From assembly GCF_031769215.1 (NCBI RefSeq), contig NW_026782472.1, forward strand, positions 62,001 to 126,000: 64,000 nt of DNA, given 5' to 3'. Positions 38,560-51,900 of the stretch are shown here, piece after piece. Each line of letters begins with the position of its first letter. The first letter of the stretch is position 1. The notes beneath the pieces were generated by a model. The model did not search any database, was not told where the DNA came from, and was given only the letters and a program-made list of their open reading frames with translations. The DNA is from Ylistrum balloti (Eukaryota). The translations under genes were made by a program, and so were the position numbers.

Positions 38560-40140
38560 TAGTTTAGATCATCTTAATTAATTTTGAACCTCTTCTCAAA
38601 TGTCATCAGTGAGATTACAATGATACTTGCCCAGAATGATCGTCTGATGGTCCTGACCAAGTGTTATTTTTTAGGTTGGTCTTAAATCAAATATAGCTGC
38701 CATGGCCGCCATCTTGAAAAACACATTTTAAACTTTTTGTCATGTTCCACTTGTGCTATTAAGCAGGGAAAATTTATGAGAGTGTGACGGAAGGAGGGTG
38801 ACAAAGTGTTATTTTTTTTGCCTTTTCGGAAAATTGATATTGAAGCCAGAGCAGCCATATTGTAGCCTTATTGGGCAATCATGGTTTCCCTGAACAACAC
38901 CTATTACATATTTCTACATGTGAGTTTGAGCTGAAACTTGCCAGCAATTATCCCGAGATGATGCTGATCCAGTGTTTTTATTTTTGGCCTCGTTCAAGGT
39001 CCAGTGTAATGGCAGACGTGGCCATTTTTGTAGCATTATAGCGCAATCATGGTTTCCCAGAACAGCATCTATTTTAGTTCTGACCAGGTGTTGTTATTTT
39101 TGGGGTGGATTCAAAATCCAATATGGATACCATGTGTGCCATTCTAAAAAAAACATTTCTAACTTTTGATTCCACCACTGACTTGAAAACTGATGTGGTT
39201 GTTAAGAAAATGAAGGCGATAAAGTTTTTCTAATTTCCAGCCTGGTTGGAAGTTTGATATGGCAGCCACAGCGCCCTTTTCGTAATATGATTGCTCAATT
39301 ATAGTTTCCCTGATTAATACATATTTTTAATCTCTACACAAGTTCTGTCAGTGAGTTTTAACTGAAGCTATACTGATATGATAATGAGATGGTGATGACC
39401 TTGTGTCATTTTTCAGGCCATTCATAAAGCATATATAGCTTCCTATCGCCGCCATCTTGAAAAAAAAAATTAAACTACTCATGTTCCACCAGTGTTATTG
39501 AGTTGAAAACTTTGTAATGTTAAGGAAAAGAAGGCGACAAAGTGTCATGGTAAGGATTCTAAGACAGGTAGGCCGTTAAAGTATTGTGACTTTTCAGACT
39601 CGTCAGAAGTTTGACATGACAGCAATATTTTGTAGCATGATTGCGCAATAATGGTTTCCCTGAATAGCACCTGTTTTAAACTTTTTTACTTTTTCCACCA
39701 GTAGCATTAAACTGAAATTTGCATGTAATGATCCTGAGATGGTCTTGACCAAATGTAATTTTTCGGGTCGATGCAATATCCAATATGGCCGCCATCTTGA
39801 AAAACACGTTTTAAATTTCATCTCTCAACTTTCTATTTTTGCTAGAGCTATTGAGCTGAAAATTGATGAGGTTGTTCAGGAAAGGAAGTTGATAGGTTAT
39901 TTTCAGGCCTGGGCGAAAGTTTTGAAATCCAGAGATGGCGGCCATTTTGTAGAATGGTTGCGCAATCATGGTTTTCCGGAACAATATCCATTTTTAACTT
40001 CTTCTCAAATGTTATAGTGGGAATTAACTGAAACTTGCCTTAAAGGATCTCGAAATGGTTCAGACCAAATACCGTTATTTTTTTTAGGTTGGTCTGAAAT
40101 CCGACATGGCTGCCATCTTGAAAAACACGGAGCCACAAGG
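38560..40140. repeat. Degenerate satellite-like array of alternating subunits, probably the interior of a non-autonomous element
   Basis: gccatcttgaaaaa recurs near 38708, 39452, 39790 and 40112. caatcatggtttcc recurs near 38876, 39044, 39645 and 39963. Confidence 0.6.
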
Positions 40141-40329
40141 ATCAATAAGCCAATCGGAATAAGAAATTTAAGTTGGCACGGAAATGGGTACGGGGTAAAT
40201 GAATTTCTATACACATATTCAATTAGGGAGACATTGTATCTATCAGTGTATCCCTTAATCGTTGTAAATGTATTGTAATAAGCATATGCAACCAAAATTG
40301 ACGAATTAACGTTACTGATGACAAATCAT

Positions 40330-41300
40330 TATCTTGAATGATAAATGATTATCACGAAGATTTAGGGAAACACGAGGATCCATACACTTCTTTTTTATTC
40401 TTTAATAGGAACGTAACTAACAGCATGGATTTGCAATTTTTTACTATATCGTAGTAAACATTACCAATGGAAACTACAATTAAAGACGACTTATTATAAT
40501 GAATATGAAAGATGAATTATAATAATATAGACTCGTGGAGATACGATGAACACTGCACTTTCATTGTATTTTTTAATAAAAACGATATTAACGTTTCGGC
40601 TCCTATGATAAGGCTGTTACTTAATCCAGATAAACATATTCAATCGCAATGACGAAGAAACGTTACTGATAACGTGTTATTACAATAACAATGAATCATA
40701 AATGATAATAATGTAGATTTATGAAGACACAATGATAACGAAACTTCTATTGTATTCTTTTATTGTAATTAAACTTAAAATATACTTGGCATTGATATGG
40801 TAAGGTTGTAAATATATATCTTAAACATATCCCATGCCACAGTCACATAACCATTACTCATGCCGATTCCTTATAATGATACGAAATCAGCGAGACACGA
40901 GGGTCAACAAACTTTCATTGTATTCTTTAATAGAACCTAGGCTAAGATATTGCAATGTTCTTAATGTATCGTAATAAAGATATCTAATCGAAATGATAAA
41001 ATATTGATGAGATTGTTAATGTATTGTTATACTCGTATCCAATTGCAAAGGCGAATAAACATCACTAATGATGGTTCACTGTTATAACATTAGATGTTAT
41101 CTTGCAGTTATACGGATGGAGGGAACATACACAGGTACATCTTGTAAGGTTGTGAATATATACTTTTAGACATATATTCAAAGCCACAGTTAAATAAACA
41201 TCACTGAGGAAGATTCGTCAAAATAACAATGATGGAAACTTAAAATAACATGAGCTCCGACAGACACGAAAGTCAATTATCTTTCATCGTATTCCTTTGT
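40330..41300. repeat. Highly degenerate ~180-bp tandem array
   Basis: Variants of acacgag..ctttcattgtattcttta recur near 40370, 40555, 40740, 40910 and 41280. Confidence 0.45.
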
Positions 41301-42888
41301 CTGTTGCACGTAAACTGTAATGAATAAATCCAAATGCTATCTTTTACCTATATTTTATACACATCCTTGCAGACTCATGTCCATAAGACTAGCATAGCGA
41401 TTATACAAAGATGCAAATATTTACTTACATTTAATGTCAAGAGTTCGCGAGTACAACTTTTTTGATTAAATAAATATCTTTCAGACTTTAGCTGTGTTGT
41501 TAACTAAAATCAGTTATCTGTTATTCATAGTTGTCACTGTGTAACATATAGCATGTGAGGTATATCGTCAAATTGTCTCTATTTTTTGTCCTCCGAAGAT
41601 GGGCTCCTTAAAACTAATAAATATTTTCAACGAGGTTAAATTTTGTCATCGTGATATCTTGGACAGATTTCCTACTTATCATATATAATATATTTAGCTA
41701 AAATATTGGCAACACGATGACTTTGGCCAAACACGAGCAAAAAAAAAAAAAAAAACAAAACAAAACTGCGGCAAGCCCCTGATAAAGTGTCGCCTTTGTG
41801 ATGGTTTCGTGGTTGTCATTTTGTTAAGAACTTGAGGGATCTGAAAAATGATCCATCTTCATCTTTTTTCACGATAAAAATGATGAAAAAGGGCAAATAT
41901 GCCAAATCAAAATTGTTTATATTAAATATTCCATTTTTTCTCGATTGGTGTTCAATTCATCTAAAAATAAGTACACATGTATATTATATATATATACATA
42001 TTTGTACCATATATCATGTATTTATACTTCCGTTTTTTAAGAGAACTACACTCCGTTAATGTGTACAAATATCCTTTGTTGCCCAATATAGACCGAAACT
42101 CGTTAGATTAATTTTAATTAATTCAATTTTAATTTGAATATTTCAAGGCGGACGTGTCCTTTAACATTTGTGTTTACATTTATTTCCGTGCTACAAGTCT
42201 GTGTTATGACGAACACTCCAACTATGTGGAGGCTAATGCTGATGCTTTATTCATAGAAATAATCATCATTCTCATCTAACTTCAATCTTGCCAATCACAA
42301 AAATGTCAACCAGGAAGTGTATGAATTCTAATACAAGAAGTACATTGGTTAAATAATCATCTGGTGTAGCATACATTATAGATGTTTCTGATGACACTGT
42401 CGATGTTTGATTGAGAGTTCGACGAAATATGACACTCTGCAGAATATGCCTTTAAGAGTAAAACACATTGAGTTGATGTTTAGATATCAGAAATCTTTTC
42501 TCACTCGTTATTTACTGACAAGGACAGCTATCCGAATCGTGTCGTTTATACACTACACAGCCATTGATTAACACCCTTTGTAATCGTAACTCGGGTTTTG
42601 CCAGATCGTGACCTTGATAAAATCAGCAAACCTGTGAGGAAAAAGGTGGTACCAGCGTTATCAATTTACTCCGTAAACTGTCAACAAATGAGTTTTAAAC
42701 GCCGGTCCGTTGATTTTATCAACCTGATGAGTTATGGTCCGTTTCACATCTACCTGGGTACAACATCGTCCAGTCGGTAAGATTTGATTGGTTTAATAGA
42801 ATATGTCACTCAGCTTGACAGACAATCTACCCGTATCAGTGATGTTGTACGGCATTCTGGTGTGATGCACGCCGAACATTAACGAGGC

Positions 42889-42894
42889 TATAAA
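42889..42894 (+). promoter_or_regulatory. Candidate TATA box for ZP gene E
   Basis: TATAAA lies 26 nt upstream of the ATG at 42915 and a strong donor AAG|GTAAGT at 42935. Confidence 0.3.
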
Positions 42895-42914
42895 GGAAGT
42901 CACCCTACCTGGAC

Positions 42915-45900
42915 ATGTCTTGTGTTGGTAGAAAGGTAAGTCCGTTTGTCACGCACACTGACCTTTGTCGTGGTAAGAGTAGTGTAATTTGTTATGGTGG
43001 GTAAGATACACAGATAGGATTACTTAGAAAAGAAATGGTTCACGTTTCAGTCATGTAATAATAGGATATAAATTTACATGTTTTTGTTTCTTTTTATATA
43101 CATTTTATTACTGACACAGATGCACATGGCGCGCCAAACTAACTAGAAACATACTTATTTCTATTTGGCACAAACCATTGGTACAAACTTAATATTGCTT
43201 GATATGCATACAATGTAACATACCGTCCAATGAATTATTGTGGTTATGAAGTAAACAACCTTTTTCTGTATTATTTCTCTTTAATGATATTCTGATTCTC
43301 GCCGATATATAATGTGTGAACCTTGAAGCACTTACAGAGAGTACAAGTTTTATGGAACTGCACTGGCGTATATTTTATACATATTCTGGTTTAATTGCTC
43401 CACCAGTTTATTACTATTGTGTCACGTAATAAACTCGGTCCTATCTCACGGCTATAGAGTTAACATTGGCAGACATCCCTGATACCAAACTACACCCAAA
43501 CCCATAAAACGTCATATTTTTATTACAATAACAAGGATATATTGAGTAATAATCAAACAATATTCTTCCCCAAAATACTTACGCTCACTTTTCTAACCAA
43601 TTGTCTAGTTCTCAAGTATGTAAATAAACACTTTTTATGTTCAAAAATTTACAAGATAGAAGTGAAAGATAATATTTCATATTTCATTATTACGTAATGT
43701 ATCAGCCACTCAAATTCAAATGTTGATAATCAGGACATGAAATACACAAACATAAACATTACAAGCTACAGTTGAAAGAATTATCAAATTTGGTTTTTTT
43801 CGTTTATTGTGTAACACTAACATGATTGCAAACAAATTGCATACCATAAAACACCATAAAACCTGTTTATTGGAAGGAGTGTTACTATTTTCGAACCACC
43901 GAAACTACTCAAAAATTAAAAAAAAAATCCCTAAAAACTAACAAAATCGTTTTCAATATACAAAACACTTTCATCTTAAAATAACCATTTTCAAAATATC
44001 AACACATTCTGACATCATCGAATCCAAACTACCGAACTATATATTTTTTTAGATACATCAAACTATATTCCGTCATCAAATGTAAAGTTTTCCAACAGTT
44101 TGACATCATTTCTTAGACATCATAAACTACCCACAAATCACATTTCAAAACAGTCTGGCATCGTTATCGTCTTTAGACAACACAATCTTCGCAAATATCT
44201 CCATTTCAAATTTTTCATAACAATCTGATTTCAATTTTCCTCCTCTGAGTTTTCCATTTCTTGATTGAAATACCCCTGCATCCCCAACCTATGGTGTTAA
44301 CATGACACAGTTGATTCAATATTCAACGGCCTGTTCCCAATATCACGATTTTCGCGCAAAATGTCGACATATGACAAAGTCACAACAAGGTTTCCATAGA
44401 TGCAGGATAATGAGAATTCTGGACAAGAAATAGCCGCCATAGCGATGTTATAGATATTTTTTCGGTAAGAAGCTTGATGTTATTTTGCATATTGGTTCCG
44501 TTCTTGTTTGCCGTGTTCTCATTCGGGAACGTGTCAGAACTTAAGTGAATTAACTAATATTCAACAGTTACAGGCGGATGTCATCGATGAAGCAGAAGAC
44601 GCTTACCCTTCCAGGACAATGACAATATTCTCCTGTTATTTTTTAGGAGTCTACGTGTAGATTTTTGTGCTCATGTTTTGCCCAAATTTTATTGGATTTG
44701 AATTTTGAATACGATTCCATTAACATGTCAATATTTTCTTAATTGTTTCTGCTACCGCACAATTACCTGTATCCTTAATGTTGCCCAAATGTAAACTGAA
44801 ACCTGATTTGTTTTGTTGTTACGCCACATGGACCTGTTGTTCGATCATTTCCTTGTTTGATACTAAGACATGTCACAATAATATTACCCGCCAAACATAA
44901 ATAATTATGAAATTGGTTTTTACACAAACCGAACAACTAACAGTATTAAAATATTTGCTATATAATAATACGAACAAGCCGTAATCAATAAGATGAGTTC
45001 TTGATTCTTGAATATGGGGCCTACGTGTGGAATCCCTGTCTGCAATAAGACATAAATGAGATGGCAAATGTACAGAGAAGAGCAACGAAACAAATTCCGG
45101 GAATGAAAGATCTAAGCTATGAGAGCAGTCTAAGGATTCTTAAATTACCGACACTGAGGCACAGAAGATTAGGAGGAAATATGATTCAAGTATACAAGCT
45201 AACACATGGAGGATATGATAGGGCTGTCGCTGAGGATTTCCTGATTCAAAACAATGACAAGATAACAAGAGGGCACAGTCTTCTACTATCAAAAAGAAGA
45301 GGCAGACTTAATCTGAGAAAGTATTCTTTCTGCGAACGGGTAGTGAACCACTGCAATTCACTTCCTAATGCCGTTTTAACGTCACTAACAATCCAAACTT
45401 TCGAATCCCGATTGGATAAACATTGGGGGCAAACTGAATGTGTTTATAATCATGAACTGGACAATAACACACTGATCCATATCCGGGATGTTAATCCTTT
45501 TTAATTCTGATCTGGATATATCGGCTTCATAAGCCTGCGTCCAGTATATATTATTTTTATTATTTATACATGTTATACATGCCAGTTCAAAATGTTAAAA
45601 GTGAAGTCATGGTTATCTATCTCATTTCATCTTGTAAAGTTACATTTTATTTAAAATTAGGAAATGTTAAATAAATATAGTATTGATACTCCTTTGTAGT
45701 TTTACAATGTTTTGAAATATACCTAACATTCATCATGACAATAAAAGTATATTTTACACTATGGCTACACCATCGTGCGTGGTCGCCATCTAATATGAAA
45801 TACCAACACAGTATGTGTTCACTATTTAACATCTGAGTCCTGATGAGAACATGTATTGATAAATGCGGGTCTCATGTCGGCGCCTCTAACAACATAACTT

Positions 45901-48900
45901 TTCTGTGGAAATCAGACACGGACAATGTTAATGTCAAATGAAAACGTCACGACCACCCGGATGTAGTGACAAACACGTGCGGCTTTAGCCGTGAATTAGA
46001 TATCCCCTTTACAAAGATGGCCACTTAAAATATGGTAATGGGTTTCACACTTCACATTCGTCTAGTGTGATTAACATGTCAGCGTTACATACACACCGAG
46101 AGGATGACGGACTGATTAGAGGAAAGATTTCGATGGAATCTAACCACGCCCACGTCTTAAAAGAACATATTACGCATGTATTATTCTACACCTGAATACA
46201 TCTGTCATATCACTGAATAGTGTGATGTTCTCTCAGAAAGTATAAACGATATTACAGAGATTAACATCATCCAATCTGCAAATGCTAATGCCAAATCCGC
46301 ACTATTATTTAGATGTTTTTTTTTTATTTGAAATATTCTTAAAATTGCAGACTCATCTGGTCGGAAAAAATGTAATGAATGGGATAAATGTACTGTTAAA
46401 ATATTTTTGAAATAATTCAAGGTTGACATATTAGCTATCACCGCCTTTACAGAGTAAACACTTTCTACATCATCCCATTTGGTTAATTCAGGGCGCGTAA
46501 TAACACAATGTATTCTATACCATGAGTTCCAATTATCTATTACAAATTAACTATACTAAGGTCTGATTCTCGTTACCAACAAAGTAAATTACATATGAAT
46601 TCATTGTAATAATTCATTATCTATATCATCAATATTAATACCAAATAAACCAGTTAAAAAATAACATCTTCCTATTGGGTTTTGTAGTACCTAACATGTC
46701 AACCTATTTTTGTTTATATAGTATCAGATGGTTTTATGCTATATATGACATATCCCGATTCCACCCTAGTAGTTTCCTTACGACATACATGATCTTACCT
46801 TTTATCACATACTCCGCTTGTTATCCAGTGAATGATACCATGCATTATCATTAGATATATATCTTTAGTGTAATATACCTTAGAACGATTTTCATTGGTT
46901 GCAGACAGTCTGCAAGCAATTGTGAATGTGATTGGAGCAACAATATGGCTGCCGCCACTTGCTTTTGTCCTCCATATTTAGCCTTTAAACCCCGTCACAA
47001 TGTATCTTTTTAAAAAAATATAATATGAAAAAATATCTTAAATTTGTTTTTATTCCATGTGAGATACCATGACAACTCGTCTTGAAGTTTGAAGAACTTT
47101 GAATTTTTGTACTTCTTAGATTCGTTTTTGTAAAATCTCAAATGAAAAAAATAATAGATTTTTATTATGCAGCATACTTTCGATAGTCGTTATTACCCTG
47201 TACCTTTGCAAGGGCTTTGATGTATTATTTGTTCAATTTTCATCGTCGTTACGGTGATGTTTGGTTGTTTTTGTCTTAATGGAGAGTTAAAGACTGTCAC
47301 CTGTCTCTTTAAGGTTTTTGCTGAGGCAATAGGAGGTTCCAGATGGGTGTGTTTATTGCTCCTATTGTATAGCAAGGTAAGGTCCCTCACTTCCGGGATA
47401 TAGAGAATAAACTTGACACATTCAGAAACTTTGTACATTGTAGGATATCGTAGCTATATACTTTCATCACATAAGATAACGCACGCGTGTAATACCCATA
47501 TCCATGTCTGTTGATAATCAACAATTAGTTTCAACTGACGAATCTATGGGCGACTCCATCGATTATACTTAGTAAATTGACAGATTAAGAAATGTCTTGA
47601 CTGCTTCCTGTCGCGTAATGATCACGTCATGTAAAATCTACCATATTCTACATATAAATAAGACAGTCAGTGCCTGTGTTTGCCACGAGATAATTATTAC
47701 CTATTTTATTCTTATATAACTGCTAGTGGAAAGCACATTTTTTTTAAAGATGTTGCATATTAGAAGACAATTACAAAATATTTAGAAAATTCAAACCATG
47801 ATAATAAATGTAATTCAATGCAGTTTTGAACAAAATACTGTTTGTGATATCGCTAGTATTGCAGGTTAGTATTAAAGATTTTGTTTTTGTAACAGACTAT
47901 TTGTGCAGTGACACGGACACAGCAAGGTAAGTATGGATCGGCGATTTCATCTTAAACTGTCTGACCCTATCTGTATGATATATTGTCATATATAAAATCC
48001 CATATATACTCAACAAAAAAAAGAAAGGTTAACATGTTTACTTGGCGAATACCTGTAAAGGAGTGAAAACAAAATGACGTTTGTGCAATATTAGAAAATG
48101 GTAATGTTTTACATTACAAATCCAAGGGGGTTACCAAAATCATTCAAGCGTGAAAGTCTGTATTAGCGAAAGAGCTGCACGAGGTTTTCTGCGACTAACT
48201 TGTATCTTCGCTTGAATTTCATAAACATTCAAACTGACAACTGTTCCTTAGATCGTAAGGACTTAGAAATCACCGAATCTTGCTATCTATCAACTTTATC
48301 ATTATGCCCCGGCTGTCACAAGTACAGAGAGAAAGGGCTGTAGGCATGATCCAGGCTGGGGAGTCTCGCCGTCGAGTTGCACGGCATTTTAGTTGAATTG
48401 TTAAGACAATTTGCCAGTTGGTAAGTCGTTTAAACCAAACTGGGTCAACATCCGATCGTACCCGAAGCGGCCGACCCCGTAAAACGACCGCCAGGGATGC
48501 CCGTCGTATACGATTGATACACTTGCGCAATCGATTCGTAACCGCAGTAGAGACTACAAGGACATTGTTTGGGCGTCGTGTGTCTCCCCAAACAGTCCAA
48601 AACAGGTTGAGGGCCTACCAATTGAAAGCGCGGCGTCCTTACACTGGACCCAATTTGTTGCGATGTCACCGTAATAATCGGCGTAACTAAACCCGTGTTC
48701 ACCGTCGTTGGGACTTACGACAATGGAACAATATTCTGTTTTCAGATGAGTCCAGGTTTTGTCTGCAACACGGTAACGGAAGGCGCAGAGTGTGGAGGCG
48801 ACGAGAGGAGCGTTTTGCGAACTGCTGCGTCGCAGAACGGGACCGCTTTGGCGGCGGAAGTGTAATGGTTTGGGGTGGTATTTGTGGGGAGACTCGTACC

Positions 48901-51900
48901 AGGCTTGTTGTGTTAAATGGCAATTTAAACGGCATACGATATCGGGACGAAATTATAAGACCAGTGGTTCTGCCATTCTTAAGACGCCATGGCGTTGGCG
49001 CCATTTTTCAACAGGATAACGCCCCAGCGGACACCAGTCGCGTCAGCAGAACTTTCTTGCAGCAGAATAACATACAGGTGTTAGATTGGCCATCTAAATC
49101 ACCTGATTTGTCACCGATTGAGCATGTCTGGGACGTTCTTGGGCGACGCGTGAGTTAACGTCAAAATCAGCCGTCAAACTTGCAGGAGCTTGCCCAGGCC
49201 TTGATCGCTGAATTTCAATGCTGCAATGCTGTTTACTTCGCAAACGGTGGCCATACCCGTTACTAATGGTGTTACCTTTGAAATTGACCCCAACATCCTT
49301 TACAGTCGAATAAAATCAACTGAACGCAAAGTTTTATAATGTTTTTATCAGAATTGATCAATTACTTTATTCGTACATGATTGGTAAGGATTTATGAAGG
49401 GGTTAATTAATTAATCACAGAATAAAGTAGTGTTACCTTTCTTTTTTTGTTTAGTATATATGCATGGCGAGTATGTACATAGGTACTGATGTCGTTATAT
49501 TAATCGCTTCAGAAAATGTCCTATTTTCTTTCAAGTTTTGGTTCGGACATGTTTCATACGGCTTAGAAGACCTCGTGGTTCCGTTGATGTTTACAATGTT
49601 ATAATTTGGGGATATGGCATTACCAACTCGGATTGACTATGGCTTACAATGCGGTTGTCATCAATGAACCAGAAGACGATTACTCTTGCGGAACCTCTAG
49701 TCTTTTTATTATTGTACTTTTTCAGGGTCTCGGTGTAAATCTTTTGTTTGCTCATATTTTGCCCTAGTTTTATTGATTATCGTGTTGGGTTTGGCCCTAG
49801 TTTCATCGAATTTGTGTTTGCATTAACACTCGGAAGCAATGTCAGTATTTTCTTTGTTTTAACAGAGGTAATCTATTTTCTTACCATTGTCACGTTCACA
49901 AAAGTTTTGTTTCTGATTCACCAATTAGTGCAGCGTTGAGTTTTTTTTTTATCTACAAGAACTTGACCTTTCATATCTGCACATCAACTAACCCAGATAC
50001 GGTGTTTGATCCTTCCTTTACTCAATCATTTAGCGTCATCGGTTTTCTTTCCCTCATTCAAATTAGATCAAATTTTTGAATGATTTGAAAAAAATAATAC
50101 TTAAAAATGTCAAAATGATTAAGTTTGTTTCAAGTTGAATATGTTAGTTTTGTAAACACTTGTGAACGTGTTAGGTAACTAATATTTTTTCAGTCTGTAT
50201 AAATGTATTGCTGTTTGTGGTTAGGAACTAACCTTATACGAATCTCTTGAATCAAAAATGATGATTCGATAATCCATCAACATACAATGAATTTAATAGA
50301 ATGATTTTAACACCAGCAATTCACAGTGAAAATGCTTAGTAATCGTTCTTAGCATCATTTACATAAAATCTGGAAAAGCACGAATGTCCCTGTTTTGCTA
50401 CTAGGAATAGTGGAGGTCGTAATGTTCAGTGATTACAAGGACAGATTTGATGCACTCGAAACATGTTATATACGAATTTACAGTAAAGCAGAATTATGGT
50501 TGTTACAGCATTGCTGTCAATTGAAAATGTTACAGCCACGTTCCTGTGTTTCGGTAACGACACGGACAGTAGCCTGCTTGAGTTCACGTTCCGGGTCCTC
50601 GCCAATAGTGACTCAGTTTTAGATATCGTGCCTTATGATGCTAGTTCATCCTCCCTTGGTGTGGGTAAGAAAACCGGATGTACCACAGTCCAAGGGAACG
50701 GTACAACTCTCAGCCCCTTCGAGTTGACCATCACAGTGGACACTGATGACCCGACATCTATCATAAATTTGTCCAATACATGCGGAGTTCAAGAAGTATG
50801 TTTGTAATTTTTGTATTTCTTGATGATAGACTTAGATCAGATACTGATGTCGCGAATGAAGTAATCAATGCTTATACATGTTTTGTTGTGTTAGTGCGTC
50901 ACTTGATAATCATAACCATAACTACATTGTATGGTTGTGGGTAAAAAGTATCTTACATGCTTCTTCGTCACTGCATTAACTAAATGTTCCATAAACATAT
51001 AGGAAAGTAAATAAATACATTAAATGAACAAAGAAGCGTAATAAAAATGCATGTTATCCTAAAGTTATGTTTTTACTTGATATTCTTCCCACAATCATCG
51101 CCAGTTAATCTATTTAGATAACGGCTGGGGTGATATATAAGTTCCGACTACGGACAATTGGTGACCTCGAACTTGACCTGGGAACAGATGCTTATTACGA
51201 CTGTCAATGTGATATGACCAACCTTCTAAGAGGCTGGCAAACCGTTGGTCCCGCTTTCATTGTGTATGTGCGTTTTAATTATCCTTAATAAAAATATTTA
51301 TCATTTTAGACTTGTATCTAAGAAGATATTGCAAATAAAAAAAAAGTCTCACAAAAGAGGGACTGTCGGTTACAAATATAATCGAATCATTTGGTTAATA
51401 TGTTTGTATAAAAACGAATAAAGCTGATGCTTTCGTCGTATTGCTGTCAATATAATGATGTTAACACATCATTTACATAAAATGCATTTTAGCTCTCAAG
51501 TGTTTGTTTCGCAGCGGGATGACTTCAATGACGTTGCAGGAAGTCCAGATAGGGACTGAACTGAGACTAGTGGACATGACCACAGACCTCCCTGTCACTG
51601 TCGTTGAGCTTGGTGCAGAGGTCTACCTCCAGGTGGTTTACAACCCTCAGACTTCGGACAGTAACGGTACAATCTTATCCTACGAGAATACAAATTTTTA
51701 AACTAATCATTTGGCCTATTCCGATCTTGATTCGTTTTGTTTGGTAATGTTAGTGTGTGGTAATGACCAATTCTTATTTTGACCGTTGCAGCGTATGACT
51801 CCTGTGGAACATCGTTTTGGGTAGCATTTGATCTTAAGTCTCCGAGTGCGTCACGATCGCATGAATTATATATTATTAGCGCAAATTCACTGAAGTCAAA

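Noticed and set aside
48304-49266. Tc1 transposase as an active or domesticated gene
   Set aside because: It has three in-frame stops and an apparent C-terminal deletion.
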